NCBI RefSeq assembly: GCF_028368995.1
Contig: NZ_JAQNDL010000002.1
Span: forward strand, 417,724 to 481,723
Length of the DNA: 64,000 nt
Direction: 5' to 3'
DNA from: Nannocystis bainbridge
GTDB taxonomy: Bacteria > Myxococcota_A > Polyangia > Nannocystales > Nannocystaceae
The notes beneath the pieces were generated by a model. The model worked only from the letters and a program-made list of their open reading frames with translations. It ran no database searches and was not told the DNA's origin. Positions 39,404 to 48,514 of this stretch are shown here, in pieces; the stretch's first letter is position 1, and each line of letters starts with the position of its first letter. The translations under genes were made by a program, and so were the position numbers.

Positions 39404-39729
39404 GATGGCGCGCTTCGGCGCGACCGGCCACCCGTAGGCGCTCGAAGCGCGACCAGTTGCTCGCGCTCGGCGGTGTGGTCAAGCACCTCGCGCTCGATGA
39501 GGACGAGGTGGCCGAGTCGCGGGCGTGCGCGAGGCGCGGGCCGACGGGCCGGGGTTCGGGTAGTCCGACGATCCGGGCGTGTGCAACGAATGGCTCGAGA
39601 GGCTCGATCTGGCGGCCGAGCCGTCGAGCGAGGTGATCGAGGCGTCGCGGCTCGAGTGCGAGGCCGAGCTGCTGGGGTTCATCGCCGAGCTCGAGGCCGG
39701 GGCCTGAGCGCCGGGATCGGCGAACCTTC

Positions 39730-39948
39730 TCAGCCGGGGATGCAGATCCCGCCGGCGCAGTAGCAGCATTCGCTGCAGCCGCCGTTGTCGACACAATCGA
39801 CGCACAGGCCCATCATGTCGCACTGATCCTGCTGGCCGTTGCACAGGGAGCCGGGCGGTTCGCGGCGGTGGAATCGTCGCTGGTGGCCGTGCTCGTGGTG
39901 GTGCCGGTGGTCGTCGTGTCGGTTGAGGCCGCGACCCAGGATACACAT
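39730..39948 (-). CDS. Small His-rich/Cys-rich peptide (72 aa). Candidate metal-binding peptide or RiPP-like precursor
   Basis: MCILGRGLNRHDDHRHHHEHGHQRRFHRREPPGSLCNGQQDQCDMMGLCVDCVDNGGCSECCYCAGGICIPG: 10 Cys in the last 40 aa and 11 His in the first 30. Composition opposite to GC-frame artefacts. Local GC ~64%. Lies 87 bp downstream of 40036..41751 on the same strand. No modification enzyme adjacent. Confidence 0.35.
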   Translation of the reverse strand: MCILGRGLNRHDDHRHHHEHGHQRRFHRREPPGSLCNGQQDQCDMMGLCVDCVDNGGCSECCYCAGGICIPG

Positions 39949-40035
39949 CAACTCACCATGCGATCACTACCGCATCGAGGCAGGGGAAGTCTCCCCGCCG
40001 GCCACGCGAGTTGTCGCGTGGCACCGGCGGAGCGC

Positions 40036-41751
40036 TCAGAGCTCGCGGAGCGTCGCACCCAGCCGCACCTCACCCACCGCGGCGTGCCGCCCGACCACGC
40101 CGCGGATCGCCGCCTCGTCCGCCACGGTCGCCTCGACCGCGACGTTGATCTCGTCGAGCCGTTCGGTGAACGGGCGCGTCAGCGCGACCTCCAGCAACGT
40201 GTCCCAGGGCGCCGACGTCGGGGCCTTGAAGCTCTGCAGCAACCCGCGTAGACGGCCATCCCGGCGCTCGAACCACAGGTGAGCGATCGCTCCCTCGAGG
40301 TGAAAGTGCAGGATGACTTCTCGCAGTCGAGGCAGCGCGTCGAGCACCGGCAGCCACACCGCGAGGTCGTGCGGACTGGCCAGCACCTCCACCGCCTCGA
40401 GCTGCGCCGCCAGCCGCGACGCCCAGAACCAGGCGGGCGCCGGCTCGTACGGCCGGCTCCCCCGCGCCAGGCGGTCCTTGTCGGTCTCCGTCGCGTCGAA
40501 CGAGAGGGCGCGCAGCCGCGTCAGGGCGTGGACCGCCAGCGCGTCGGCCCACGCCTTGCGTGCCAGCCTCGGAGGCGACTGGACCCTGCGCCCTTCCCAC
40601 CAGTTGTCCACTTCGTGGGCGAACGCCACCTCGAGCGCGACCGGCTCGTCCGTGCGGGCCAGCGCGGACAGCCCCGCGCCGTCGAGCGTCGCGCGCAGCA
40701 ACCTCGGCAACTGCTTCGCAGACAAGGGCATGTGACCGCTGGCGAGCTCGATCAGGTCGGGCGCCCGCGCCTCGAGGACCGCCCGGTCCGCCGGCAACTC
40801 GAACCCTCCTGCACGCACCGCCCAACCGTCGGCCGTCTGCTTCCACAGCGGCTCGCGCGGCGCGGTGCTCTGCCCGAGCGCCTGCGCGAGCGCCTGCGCG
40901 TAGCCCTCGGACGACGCGATCACCCGTGGCGTCCGCGGGTGCGTCGGGGCGGGCGGCGGCGCATGCTTCGGGGCCGCGCGGGCGGCTCGCTTCGCCGGCG
41001 CTCGCGCCGGAGCGGGCGCCAGGTAGTTGACGTATTTGGTGGCGCCGGCGAGCAGCGCCCGCGCCGTGCCCGGGAGGCCCGCGACGCTGGCGAGGTGGAG
41101 GCACATCGCGGCGTGCTCGTAGCACCCGCCCTCGAGCGCCGTCGAGAGGTTGGCCCGCAGGAAGCGCTCGGCGAGCCCCACCGGATCCGGCGCACCGTCA
41201 GCGAGGGCGAGGGTCAGCTCGGCGACCGTGCACGCCCGGGTCGGCTCGAATTTCTTGTCCGGCAAGATCCTGGTGAGGAACGCCCGAGCCTGCTCGAACT
41301 TCCGGGCGGCGCAGGCCAGCTCGATTACTGGGAAGACGTTAAACTGCAGCGATGGCTTCTTACGCGCCGTGGTGACGGCGAAGCAGCGCGCCTGGGCGGT
41401 GAGCGCCCGCTCGAACCAGAGCACCTGCGGCTCGCTGGTGGCGATCCATTCGGCCAGCGCGAGGGTGCGGAGCCCCTGCGAGACATGGAACGGACCGAGC
41501 GACGCGGTCAGCGTCGTGATAGCGACGTCGCTCGAGAACGCCGCCGCGAGCACACGCCGAACCATGGCCAGCAGCTCGACCGCCCGCGGGTCGTCCCCGA
41601 GTCCGATGATGTGCGCGAGGGCAACATCACCGAGCATAAAGCTCCAGAACCCCGGGTCGAGCGGTTGCCCGGCGAGCTCGCGCGCGTGGGCGAGGCCGTC
41701 GTACCTGGCGAACGCGTCGCGTCGTTGCCCGGGGTCGAAGGCGCGCGGCAT
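40036..41751 (-). CDS. Large hypothetical protein (572 aa)
   Basis: Long ORF with helical, non-artefact composition (MPRAFDPGQRRDAFARYDGLAHARELAG...). No family recognised. Start uncertain: the ORF extends 44 codons upstream. Confidence 0.6.
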   Translation of the reverse strand: MPRAFDPGQRRDAFARYDGLAHARELAGQPLDPGFWSFMLGDVALAHIIGLGDDPRAVELLAMVRRVLAAAFSSDVAITTLTASLGPFHVSQGLRTLALAEWIATSEPQVLWFERALTAQARCFAVTTARKKPSLQFNVFPVIELACAARKFEQARAFLTRILPDKKFEPTRACTVAELTLALADGAPDPVGLAERFLRANLSTALEGGCYEHAAMCLHLASVAGLPGTARALLAGATKYVNYLAPAPARAPAKRAARAAPKHAPPPAPTHPRTPRVIASSEGYAQALAQALGQSTAPREPLWKQTADGWAVRAGGFELPADRAVLEARAPDLIELASGHMPLSAKQLPRLLRATLDGAGLSALARTDEPVALEVAFAHEVDNWWEGRRVQSPPRLARKAWADALAVHALTRLRALSFDATETDKDRLARGSRPYEPAPAWFWASRLAAQLEAVEVLASPHDLAVWLPVLDALPRLREVILHFHLEGAIAHLWFERRDGRLRGLLQSFKAPTSAPWDTLLEVALTRPFTERLDEINVAVEATVADEAAIRGVVGRHAAVGEVRLGATLREL

Positions 41752-42381
41752 GACCTTGCAGTACCGCGACGGCCGCGGCGTGAAAAGCCCCGCGTCGCGG
41801 CCCGGCCGGACTTCTCCGACGCGGTGATCGACCCCGACATCGAACCCTCGCACCGACGCTGCGTCCCAGTGAAGCCGTCGCACCGGACCGTCAACGGGCC
41901 GGCGATCCCGCGCGCCTCTTCGCCGAGGGATCGGGTCGGCGAGCCCAGATCACCACGACGGCCCGCCGGCGCAGCCCGAGCGGCGGGCCCGACAGGCCGA
42001 TCACGTCATCGAGCTCTGCCGGGAACGTCAGCGTCACCAGCAGCCAGAAGGCCCGGCCGGCAGGGCGTCGAACACGGCGTCGAGGATGCGCTCCTGCAAT
42101 CCCGTCGACGGTTCCTCGTCCTCGCCGTCGTCCGCCTCGTCCACACCAGCTCGCTCTTGCCGGCCCCGCCGCGCGCCGTCATCACCCGCCCGGGCGGCCC
42201 GCTCGCCAGCGCGAACGCGCGGAGGTCGTCCTCGGGGCGGTGTCGACGGCCTGGTCGTGATCCACGGGCCCCTCGAGCGCGGCCACGCCGGCCTCACGCG
42301 CACGGCTGAAATCATGACTGACGCACGGATCTCATTCGCATCTCTTGCGCCGCTCTCGTGGCGGCGCTTATAGAGGGCTCC

Positions 42382-42500
42382 GACCGCTCTCCAGGCCAGT
42401 CCACGACCAGGCCAGTCCACGACCCAGAAGCCCGTGACCCAGAAGCCCGTGACCAAGAAGCCCGCGACCAGGAAGCCCGCGACCAAGAAGTCCGCGACCA
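42382..42500. repeat. Short tandem repeats: 2x ccaggccagtccacga, then 6x ~15 bp (cmrgaagcccgygac)
   Basis: Direct reading. The second array encodes the KKPxT repeats of the SUKH protein. Confidence 0.8.
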
Positions 42501-43111
42501 GGAAGCCCCGGGAAATGCAGGTCAAGGAAACGACGGACGCTAGCCGGACCGCTCGTGCTGAACGAATGAGGACAGCCCTCGGGCGGATCAAAGCGTGGAT
42601 GCGCTCCAACAACGCCGAGGACATTGTCGACAACCTCGCACCACCAACGTCCGACGAAGAAATTGCTTCGTGCGCGAAAGCCCTCGGTTTCGCGGTACCC
42701 GATGATTTGCGTGAGCTCTGGTTGCTTCACGGCGGTCAGAACCTGGAGAAGACACATCCGTTTCTGAATTCCCACGACCTTCTCAGCCCTGCGAGGGCGG
42801 CGAGCGTGCGCCACGATTTCTTGTCGACGCTCCCGACGCTCCGTGATGCGCCCGACGACCTCGTCGAGGTGACGGAAGAGGAGCTCGCGTCGGACGAATG
42901 GTTGACGATCGGCAAGATCGGCCGATGGGACGTATGGGTGATTTGTGCCCTTACGGGACGCCTCTTCGGCTCGAGTCCCGACTATCCGCAGTTGTACGCA
43001 ATCTCAGGCTCGCTGCTCGATTGGCTCGAGACCTTCGCGGAGGGGGCGGAGAACGGCGAGTACGAGGTGACTCGATTGGGGAAGTCGTGCTTTGTGTCCC
43101 CGATCCTCTGA
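42434..43111 (+). CDS. SMI1/KNR4 (SUKH-1 superfamily) immunity-like protein with N-terminal Lys/Thr-rich tandem repeat region
   Basis: ASCAKALGFAVPDDLRELWLLHGGQN...WLTIGKIGRWDVWVI is the SMI1_KNR4 core. N-terminus (PVTKK PATRK PATKK SATRK) is encoded by 15-bp tandem repeats at 42420-42500. Lower-GC gene. Alternative start at MQVKETT (42512). Confidence 0.7.
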   Translation: MTQKPVTKKPATRKPATKKSATRKPREMQVKETTDASRTARAERMRTALGRIKAWMRSNNAEDIVDNLAPPTSDEEIASCAKALGFAVPDDLRELWLLHGGQNLEKTHPFLNSHDLLSPARAASVRHDFLSTLPTLRDAPDDLVEVTEEELASDEWLTIGKIGRWDVWVICALTGRLFGSSPDYPQLYAISGSLLDWLETFAEGAENGEYEVTRLGKSCFVSPIL

Positions 43112-43239
43112 TAGCGCGCGATTGCGGCGGCATGGCGTCAGGTCGCCGAGGGCCTGGACGCCCTCCCGCGCCAAGCCTCGGGGCCGCGGGTCGGCGGGCC
43201 GTCGTGCCAGGGACAGCCCGCCCCAGGGCGCCGTGCCGC

Positions 43240-43989
43240 TCACCGCCCGCAGAGCCAGTCGAGGATCGCGGCGTCGCCGAGCACGTATCGGCCGTGCGAG
43301 CTTGCGGTGAACCACAGGTTGTTCGCGGCGTGGAGCAGGATGCCGGGGAGGATCGATCCGGTGCGGAGAAAGACCCAGCCGAGCGCCAAGGCGACGAGGA
43401 GATAGCCCGTGTTCCAGCCGTAGCCGTAGAGGTAGTGCAGGACCACGAACACGCCGCCGCCGATCACCAGCGCGTGTGAGTCCTTGAACCGCTCGCGGAG
43501 TGCGGAGAGCAGGATAGCGCGATACATGATCTCCTCGTAGAGCGGCGCGAGCAGGACCATGCAGATCGTGTCTCGCACGAACACGGGCCACGGATAGACC
43601 ACCGGGGCCCATAGTGCCCGCTCGCTCAGCTCGCACACAAGACTCGGGAGTACGAGCCGCCCGAGCACCAGCACTAGCGCCGCTGCGAAGATCGCTACGG
43701 CCGCGGCCTTGGCGAGCCAGCGCAGCGCCGGCCCGTGGCGCGCCACGGCAAGCCCGAGCTCGGGCGCACTGAACCAGCCGGAGCGGAGCGCCCACGCGAG
43801 GGCGACACCCGCGATCAGACAGCGGCCGGCTTGGTAGCCGGCGTAGAACCCGGCTTCGCCATCGACGAGGCCGAGTGCCCCGAGGGCCGGGATGTGCGTC
43901 GCTACCCACGCGAAGTCGGCGAGGATCGTGGCGACGACAAGCGCCCCCCGCTTCTGCGAGGGGCGCTGCGGTGGCGTCGGCGCGTCCAT
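43240..43989 (-). CDS. CPBP-family intramembrane glutamic metalloprotease (CAAX protease self-immunity family)
   Basis: Multi-TM protein with the EEIMYRAIL (EExxxR) motif, FxxxH and LHAANN motifs of CPBP/Abi. Confidence 0.8.
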   Translation of the reverse strand: MDAPTPPQRPSQKRGALVVATILADFAWVATHIPALGALGLVDGEAGFYAGYQAGRCLIAGVALAWALRSGWFSAPELGLAVARHGPALRWLAKAAAVAIFAAALVLVLGRLVLPSLVCELSERALWAPVVYPWPVFVRDTICMVLLAPLYEEIMYRAILLSALRERFKDSHALVIGGGVFVVLHYLYGYGWNTGYLLVALALGWVFLRTGSILPGILLHAANNLWFTASSHGRYVLGDAAILDWLCGR

Positions 43990-44004
43990 GCCGACACGAG
44001 TCTA

Positions 44005-44418
44005 TCAGGGCTTGCCGCCACCGGGCGGCTGCGTCCCTGGGTTGTTCGGGGCGCCGCCGGAGTGCCCGGAGGGACAACTGCATCCGTCCACCAGCGCAGC
44101 GGCGGCGATCACGACGACCACAAGGAACCAGACCGCCGACTTCTCGGTCTCGATCGCCAGATCACCGAGCCCTTGCCCGAGCTGTTCGTCAGTCAGCGGC
44201 TCGCCGTGAATCGGGCAGGGGAGCGCGACATGGGCGGTGATGAAGCGGTAGCTATCGAGGATACGGGTTTGTGTCACGTCCGCGAAGCTGTCGGGCGTGA
44301 GCGCGGCGAAGCGGCTCCGCTTGTGCGCGGCGAGGCGTTCCGAACGGGAGTCGTCGGGCTTTTTGGCCGCGGCGAGGCTGCGCTCGAGGATCTTGTTCAA
44401 GGTGGCGAGTGCGATCAT
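44005..44418 (-). CDS. Hypothetical protein with C-terminal TM segment
   Basis: Excellent SD GGAGGAAG 7 nt before ATG (MIALATLNKILERSLAAAKK...). C-terminal WFLVVVVIAAAALV hydrophobic segment. Confidence 0.55.
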   Translation of the reverse strand: MIALATLNKILERSLAAAKKPDDSRSERLAAHKRSRFAALTPDSFADVTQTRILDSYRFITAHVALPCPIHGEPLTDEQLGQGLGDLAIETEKSAVWFLVVVVIAAAALVDGCSCPSGHSGGAPNNPGTQPPGGGKP

Positions 44419-44629
44419 GGTTCTCTTCCTCCGCATGGTTCAGGGCCGAGGCCGCCACGCCGCGATGTTGGGCGGGCTCCTCCACGACATCGGCTATCAC
44501 GGCGCCACGCGCGGAGGGACGCGCGGCCGATGGTGTACCGCGTTAGATCGACAGGGCGCCGTGCAGGTTGCCGCGGAGCTTTACCCCCGGCGGGTGACAT
44601 CGCCCGCCGTACGCGCTAGCCTGGACATC

Positions 44630-45712
44630 ATGCGCCGTCTCGCGCTCGCCGCTCTCGCCGCTCTCGCCGCCTGCAACAACGGCGAAGGGCCAGGGCCAGG
44701 ATTCGGCTCGAGCATCACGACCGCGCCGCAGGGCACAAGCTCGAGCGGTGACGCGTCGACGTCGACGTCGACGTCGACGTCCACCAGCTCGGCGGAGGAC
44801 TCGGCCGCGGCGTCGAACAGCTCCACCAGCTCGGCGGGCTCCGGCATCCCCGACGGCGGTACGCCGCCGGACGGCGGCGACAAGCCGCCGCCGGGCTGCA
44901 TGGGCAAGGTCGATCTGGTGTTCTCGATCAGCTCCTCATGGACGATGGAGAACCAGCAAGAGGCGCTCAAGGCGAGCTTTCCCGGCTTCGTCGATACGCT
45001 CGAGACTGCGTTCGCCGGCTTCGACTATCACATCCTCGTGCCGCGCCAGTATGGCCCTCCGTGGGGGATCCCGGGCTGCGAGGCCGACTGCGTCGACACC
45101 TGCCCGACAGGGCCGGAGGACTACCCATGCGGGGCGGTACTTGAGCCCTGCGACACGGTGAAAGGCGCAGGGATCACGTTCTCTGCCGGGTGGGACGCGA
45201 GCAACGAGCGGTGCGACCTCGCTGGCGGCCACCGCTACATCACCGCCGGTCAGCCCGATTTGACCGGCGCCTTCACTTGCGTCGGGTCGGTCGGCACCAG
45301 CGGCGCCGGGGTGGTCGCTGAGGCCGCCGTCAGCGCACTGAAGGACGAGATCAACGCCCCGGCCGGTTGCAACGCGGGCTTTCTCCGCGAGGACGCGCTC
45401 CTCGTGGTCGTCGCCATCGATGACGTGTGGGACGAGCTAAGCGAGGGCACGCCCAAGGACTGGGCCGACGCGCTGGTCGGGGCCAAGGGAGGCGACGCGG
45501 ACGCGGTGGTGCTCCTCGTGATCGCTAACGATATCGACGATCCGGACAGCCTCTGTGGCTACGAACCTGGCGGCGAGCACAGGCTTCGCACGTGGACGCA
45601 GCTCCTCCCGCATTCGGTGTTCGGGTCGATGTGCGTCGACAGCTACGATGGGTACTTCGCCGACGCGGCGGCGAAGATCAAGGCGCAGTGCGACGTATTC
45701 GTGCCGCAGTGA
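44630..45712 (+). CDS. Hypothetical lipoprotein with Ser/Thr-rich linker
   Basis: MRRLALAALAALAAC lipobox. (ST)n linker encoded by tcgacg repeats 44755-44790. Cys-containing globular domain (GCEADCVDTCPTGPEDYPCG). A fragment of this gene is duplicated at 33930..34090. Confidence 0.7.
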   Translation: MRRLALAALAALAACNNGEGPGPGFGSSITTAPQGTSSSGDASTSTSTSTSTSSAEDSAAASNSSTSSAGSGIPDGGTPPDGGDKPPPGCMGKVDLVFSISSSWTMENQQEALKASFPGFVDTLETAFAGFDYHILVPRQYGPPWGIPGCEADCVDTCPTGPEDYPCGAVLEPCDTVKGAGITFSAGWDASNERCDLAGGHRYITAGQPDLTGAFTCVGSVGTSGAGVVAEAAVSALKDEINAPAGCNAGFLREDALLVVVAIDDVWDELSEGTPKDWADALVGAKGGDADAVVLLVIANDIDDPDSLCGYEPGGEHRLRTWTQLLPHSVFGSMCVDSYDGYFADAAAKIKAQCDVFVPQ

Positions 45713-45716
45713 GCGT

Positions 45717-47387
45717 CTACGGGTAGAGCCGCAGCGCGAACGCTCGCGGCTGCAGCTCCGCGAACTCGCTTCCCGCGATCGAAACATGACCCCACGGACC
45801 GATGGCCAGCCCCGGGGCGTCGTCAGGTCCGTGGCCCGGCCCATCGCGGACGACGTCCCAGACGTGCGCGCCGAGCGGGCCAGGGATGGCGAAGATCCAC
45901 GCGTCCATGTCGGTGGCCGGCTGCTTGCGCGAGCCGGCGATGATGATCTTGCCCTCGCGATCCTCGCCGATCGCGTAACCAATCGCGTCGCTTCCTGGCG
46001 TGGGCTCGACTCGCACGGGTCCGGCCTCGCCCGCGGCCGAGAACCAGCGCGTGAGCACCTGACGGATCGTGCCCTTGTTGCGGCCCCAGCCAACGGTCAC
46101 GAACCCGCCCCCCCGGAGCGGCGTGACCCCCATCGCGCCGTCCTCCGTCAGTAGCTCGCCGGGCGAGGTCCACTCGTCGAGGGGCTCTCCCGCGAGCGAG
46201 TACCGCAGCACGACCGCACGCCGATAGATCTTCGTGTCTCCGCCCTTGATCAGGCGCTCGCCAACGACGATGACTTCATCGTCGACGATGGCCACGCCGC
46301 GGCCGATCTCGTCCAGGTCGTTCGGAGGGTCATCGGCGAGAGATGCGGCGAAGGGCGCCTCGTGGAGCAGCGCTCCGTCCTCCGCGGCCAGCCACCAGAC
46401 CCGGAGGTCATGCGTGCCCGGCGATATCTCGATCCCGCCGACGACGATCACGAAGGGACCCGCGACCGTGACCGCGAGCGCTTTAGTCTTGGGGTCGCCC
46501 GTCGCCTTCCACTCGAACGACAACGGATCGTCGAGCCACACCTTGGACACCGCCCACGTCGGCCCGAGTTGCGTGGACGCGACGAACACCGCGCCGTCGT
46601 CGCTGGCAGCGATCGCCGGTCCGCTCCCCGCGGACGCGAGCGCGACCTTACCGAGCGCGACCGGCCCCGCCTCGAGCTTGCCCGTGGCGCCGTCGATCTT
46701 GACCGCGATCGCCTCGAGCCCCTGTTGGGTCTCATAGAAGCCCGCGGCGGCGATCGCCGCGTCGTCGAGTAGCGTCGCGCTCGTGAAGCCGTTGATCGGC
46801 CCGGCCTGCACGTAGGGCGGCCAGACGTCGGTGCCGCCGGGCGCGACGTCGATCGTCAAGTCCTTCTCGGCTTGCCCGCTCACGCCGTCGGCGGCATGCG
46901 CGACAGCGCGGATCGTGTGCGTGCCGTCGCCGGGGACGTTGTCCGACGTCACCTCGAACACGCAGACCGGATCCCCCGGCGTCGCGCCGAGCGCGAGGGG
47001 CACGTCGCCGTCGAACACGTCGATCGCCGCCACCGGGCGCGACGTCCACACCGCGACCTGCACCTCGCCGACCTTGTCCACCGACGTCGGCGTCAGGAAC
47101 ACCTCCACGTTGACCGGCAGGGCCTTTCCGTCGTCGGTGGTGGTGCCGGTCGCGCCGTCGCTCTCTGTCCCGCCGTCGGTCGCCGACGCGCTCACCGACG
47201 TCGCCTCACCGATCGTCGCGCTCGCGTCTGCGGTGCTGGCCGTCGTGCTCGCCGGGCTCGGATCGTCGGCGGTCGATCCGCTGGTCCCGTCGCTGATCGG
47301 GTACGCCCCCCCTTGCTGCAGGAGCTGATCGAAGTCTCCCGCGCAGGCAGCGAGGATGACGGCGGACAGGAGGCTGCGGCGGACCAT
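45717..47387 (-). CDS. Beta-propeller repeat lipoprotein with N-terminal Ig-like region (paralog family)
   Basis: MVRRSLLSAVILAAC lipobox. Thr/Ala-rich linker. Blades with VFVAS / IVVGG / VIVVGE / IIIAGS motifs. Confidence 0.7.
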   Translation of the reverse strand: MVRRSLLSAVILAACAGDFDQLLQQGGAYPISDGTSGSTADDPSPASTTASTADASATIGEATSVSASATDGGTESDGATGTTTDDGKALPVNVEVFLTPTSVDKVGEVQVAVWTSRPVAAIDVFDGDVPLALGATPGDPVCVFEVTSDNVPGDGTHTIRAVAHAADGVSGQAEKDLTIDVAPGGTDVWPPYVQAGPINGFTSATLLDDAAIAAAGFYETQQGLEAIAVKIDGATGKLEAGPVALGKVALASAGSGPAIAASDDGAVFVASTQLGPTWAVSKVWLDDPLSFEWKATGDPKTKALAVTVAGPFVIVVGGIEISPGTHDLRVWWLAAEDGALLHEAPFAASLADDPPNDLDEIGRGVAIVDDEVIVVGERLIKGGDTKIYRRAVVLRYSLAGEPLDEWTSPGELLTEDGAMGVTPLRGGGFVTVGWGRNKGTIRQVLTRWFSAAGEAGPVRVEPTPGSDAIGYAIGEDREGKIIIAGSRKQPATDMDAWIFAIPGPLGAHVWDVVRDGPGHGPDDAPGLAIGPWGHVSIAGSEFAELQPRAFALRLYP

Positions 47388-47402
47388 CGTTGCGAGGGTA
47401 CC

Positions 47403-47420
47403 ACGCGCGGGTCCGCGCGC
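47403..47420 (-). terminator. GC hairpin CGCGCGG-GT-CCGCGCG between two co-directional minus-strand genes (putative intrinsic terminator, no U-tract)
   Basis: Perfect 7-bp stem, 2-nt loop. Located 62 nt after the stop of 47482..48396 and just 5' of the 45717..47387 start. Confidence 0.3.
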
Positions 47421-47481
47421 GAAGTCGAGGCGCCACGTCAGGCGCGTTGACGACGTTTCATTTCTCCCAAGGGAGTAGACC

Positions 47482-48396
47482 CTAGAAGCGCCCGAAAATC
47501 GAAAGGCCGGCGCCCTGGGGCCCCCCGTAGGGCGCAACGCGGGCCCGGTCCGTCGTCGGGCGCAGCTTGCCGCGGGCGACCATGCCGACGCCCACAGCCC
47601 CGAGCACCGCCGCCGAGATTGCGAGGCCGATCTTGGCGCCCCGCGTCCACGTCCCCACGGATCCGAGGTCGCTCATGCGCTGCGCCTGCTCCGGGGTCCG
47701 ATGGCCCGCCTGTTCAATCTCGGCGATCAACGTCTCGAGGTCATTGAACGCCCCGGCGCGGCGGACCTGCACGGGGATGATGGCGAGGGCGGCGAGGGCG
47801 GCCGTGCCAAGCAGGACCCCGCCGGCGATCGTCAGGCCGTTGGCGCGCGGAGGCGTGCGGCCCGTCGTCGGCGCTGTCATCGCGGGCGAAGGTTCGCGCG
47901 CCTGCTCGGGTTCCGCCACGGGGCCGGGCTTCGGCTCGGATGTCGGCTGCACGCAAGGGGGCGCGACGAAGCGCGCGTCACCGCGTGCGGCCGCTTCAGC
48001 GTGCGAGGCGAGGCCGGCGCGCGCTTCGTCGCGGAAGTCCGTCGCCTCGGGCGGCGGGGTGTCCGTGCGCGCGAGGACCCGCTCCGCGGTGGCGAGTAGT
48101 TGGCACAGGTGCGCAGCGTCGTTCGTGCGCTGGTACGCGACGCGGCGGGCGGTCACGGCGAGCGTGAGCAGATCGCCGAGGTCCTTGACGTCGGACGTGT
48201 CCGCGAGTCTCGACTCCACCAACTCGGCAGCGGTGATGAGCCGCTCGAGCGGCGCGAGGTTGTCGGTGGTGATCGTCGGGTCGGCCGCCGTGATCTCGTC
48301 GTTGATCTCGGCGTTGCTGGCCGTGGGCGACAGCGGCGGCGCCGCCAGGGTGGGCCCCGCAAGGACGAGGGAGAGCAAGGCGGCGCGCGCGGGCAT
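47482..48396 (-). CDS. Hypothetical secreted/membrane protein
   Basis: Signal MPARAALLSLVLAGPTLAAPP. Two C-terminal hydrophobic segments. Divergent from the kinase gene. Confidence 0.55.
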   Translation of the reverse strand: MPARAALLSLVLAGPTLAAPPLSPTASNAEINDEITAADPTITTDNLAPLERLITAAELVESRLADTSDVKDLGDLLTLAVTARRVAYQRTNDAAHLCQLLATAERVLARTDTPPPEATDFRDEARAGLASHAEAAARGDARFVAPPCVQPTSEPKPGPVAEPEQAREPSPAMTAPTTGRTPPRANGLTIAGGVLLGTAALAALAIIPVQVRRAGAFNDLETLIAEIEQAGHRTPEQAQRMSDLGSVGTWTRGAKIGLAISAAVLGAVGVGMVARGKLRPTTDRARVAPYGGPQGAGLSIFGRF

Positions 48397-48514
48397 GGGT
48401 TCGTTGTACCACCACGCCGGCCGAACGTGCTCCCGGCGTGGGTTGAAAGGGGGAGGATCGCGGCGGAACGAGGGGGTGAAGCGCGGTCGGGTGTGGGACG
48501 AAACGGGCCTGAAA

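Noticed and set aside
47506-47533. Strong hairpin GCGCCCT-ggggccccccgt-AGGGCGC that looked like an intrinsic terminator
   Set aside because: It lies inside the last codons (...APYGGPQGAGLSIFGRF*) of the 47482..48396 minus-strand gene, so it is coding sequence rather than a terminator. The hairpin at 47403..47420 is the better candidate.
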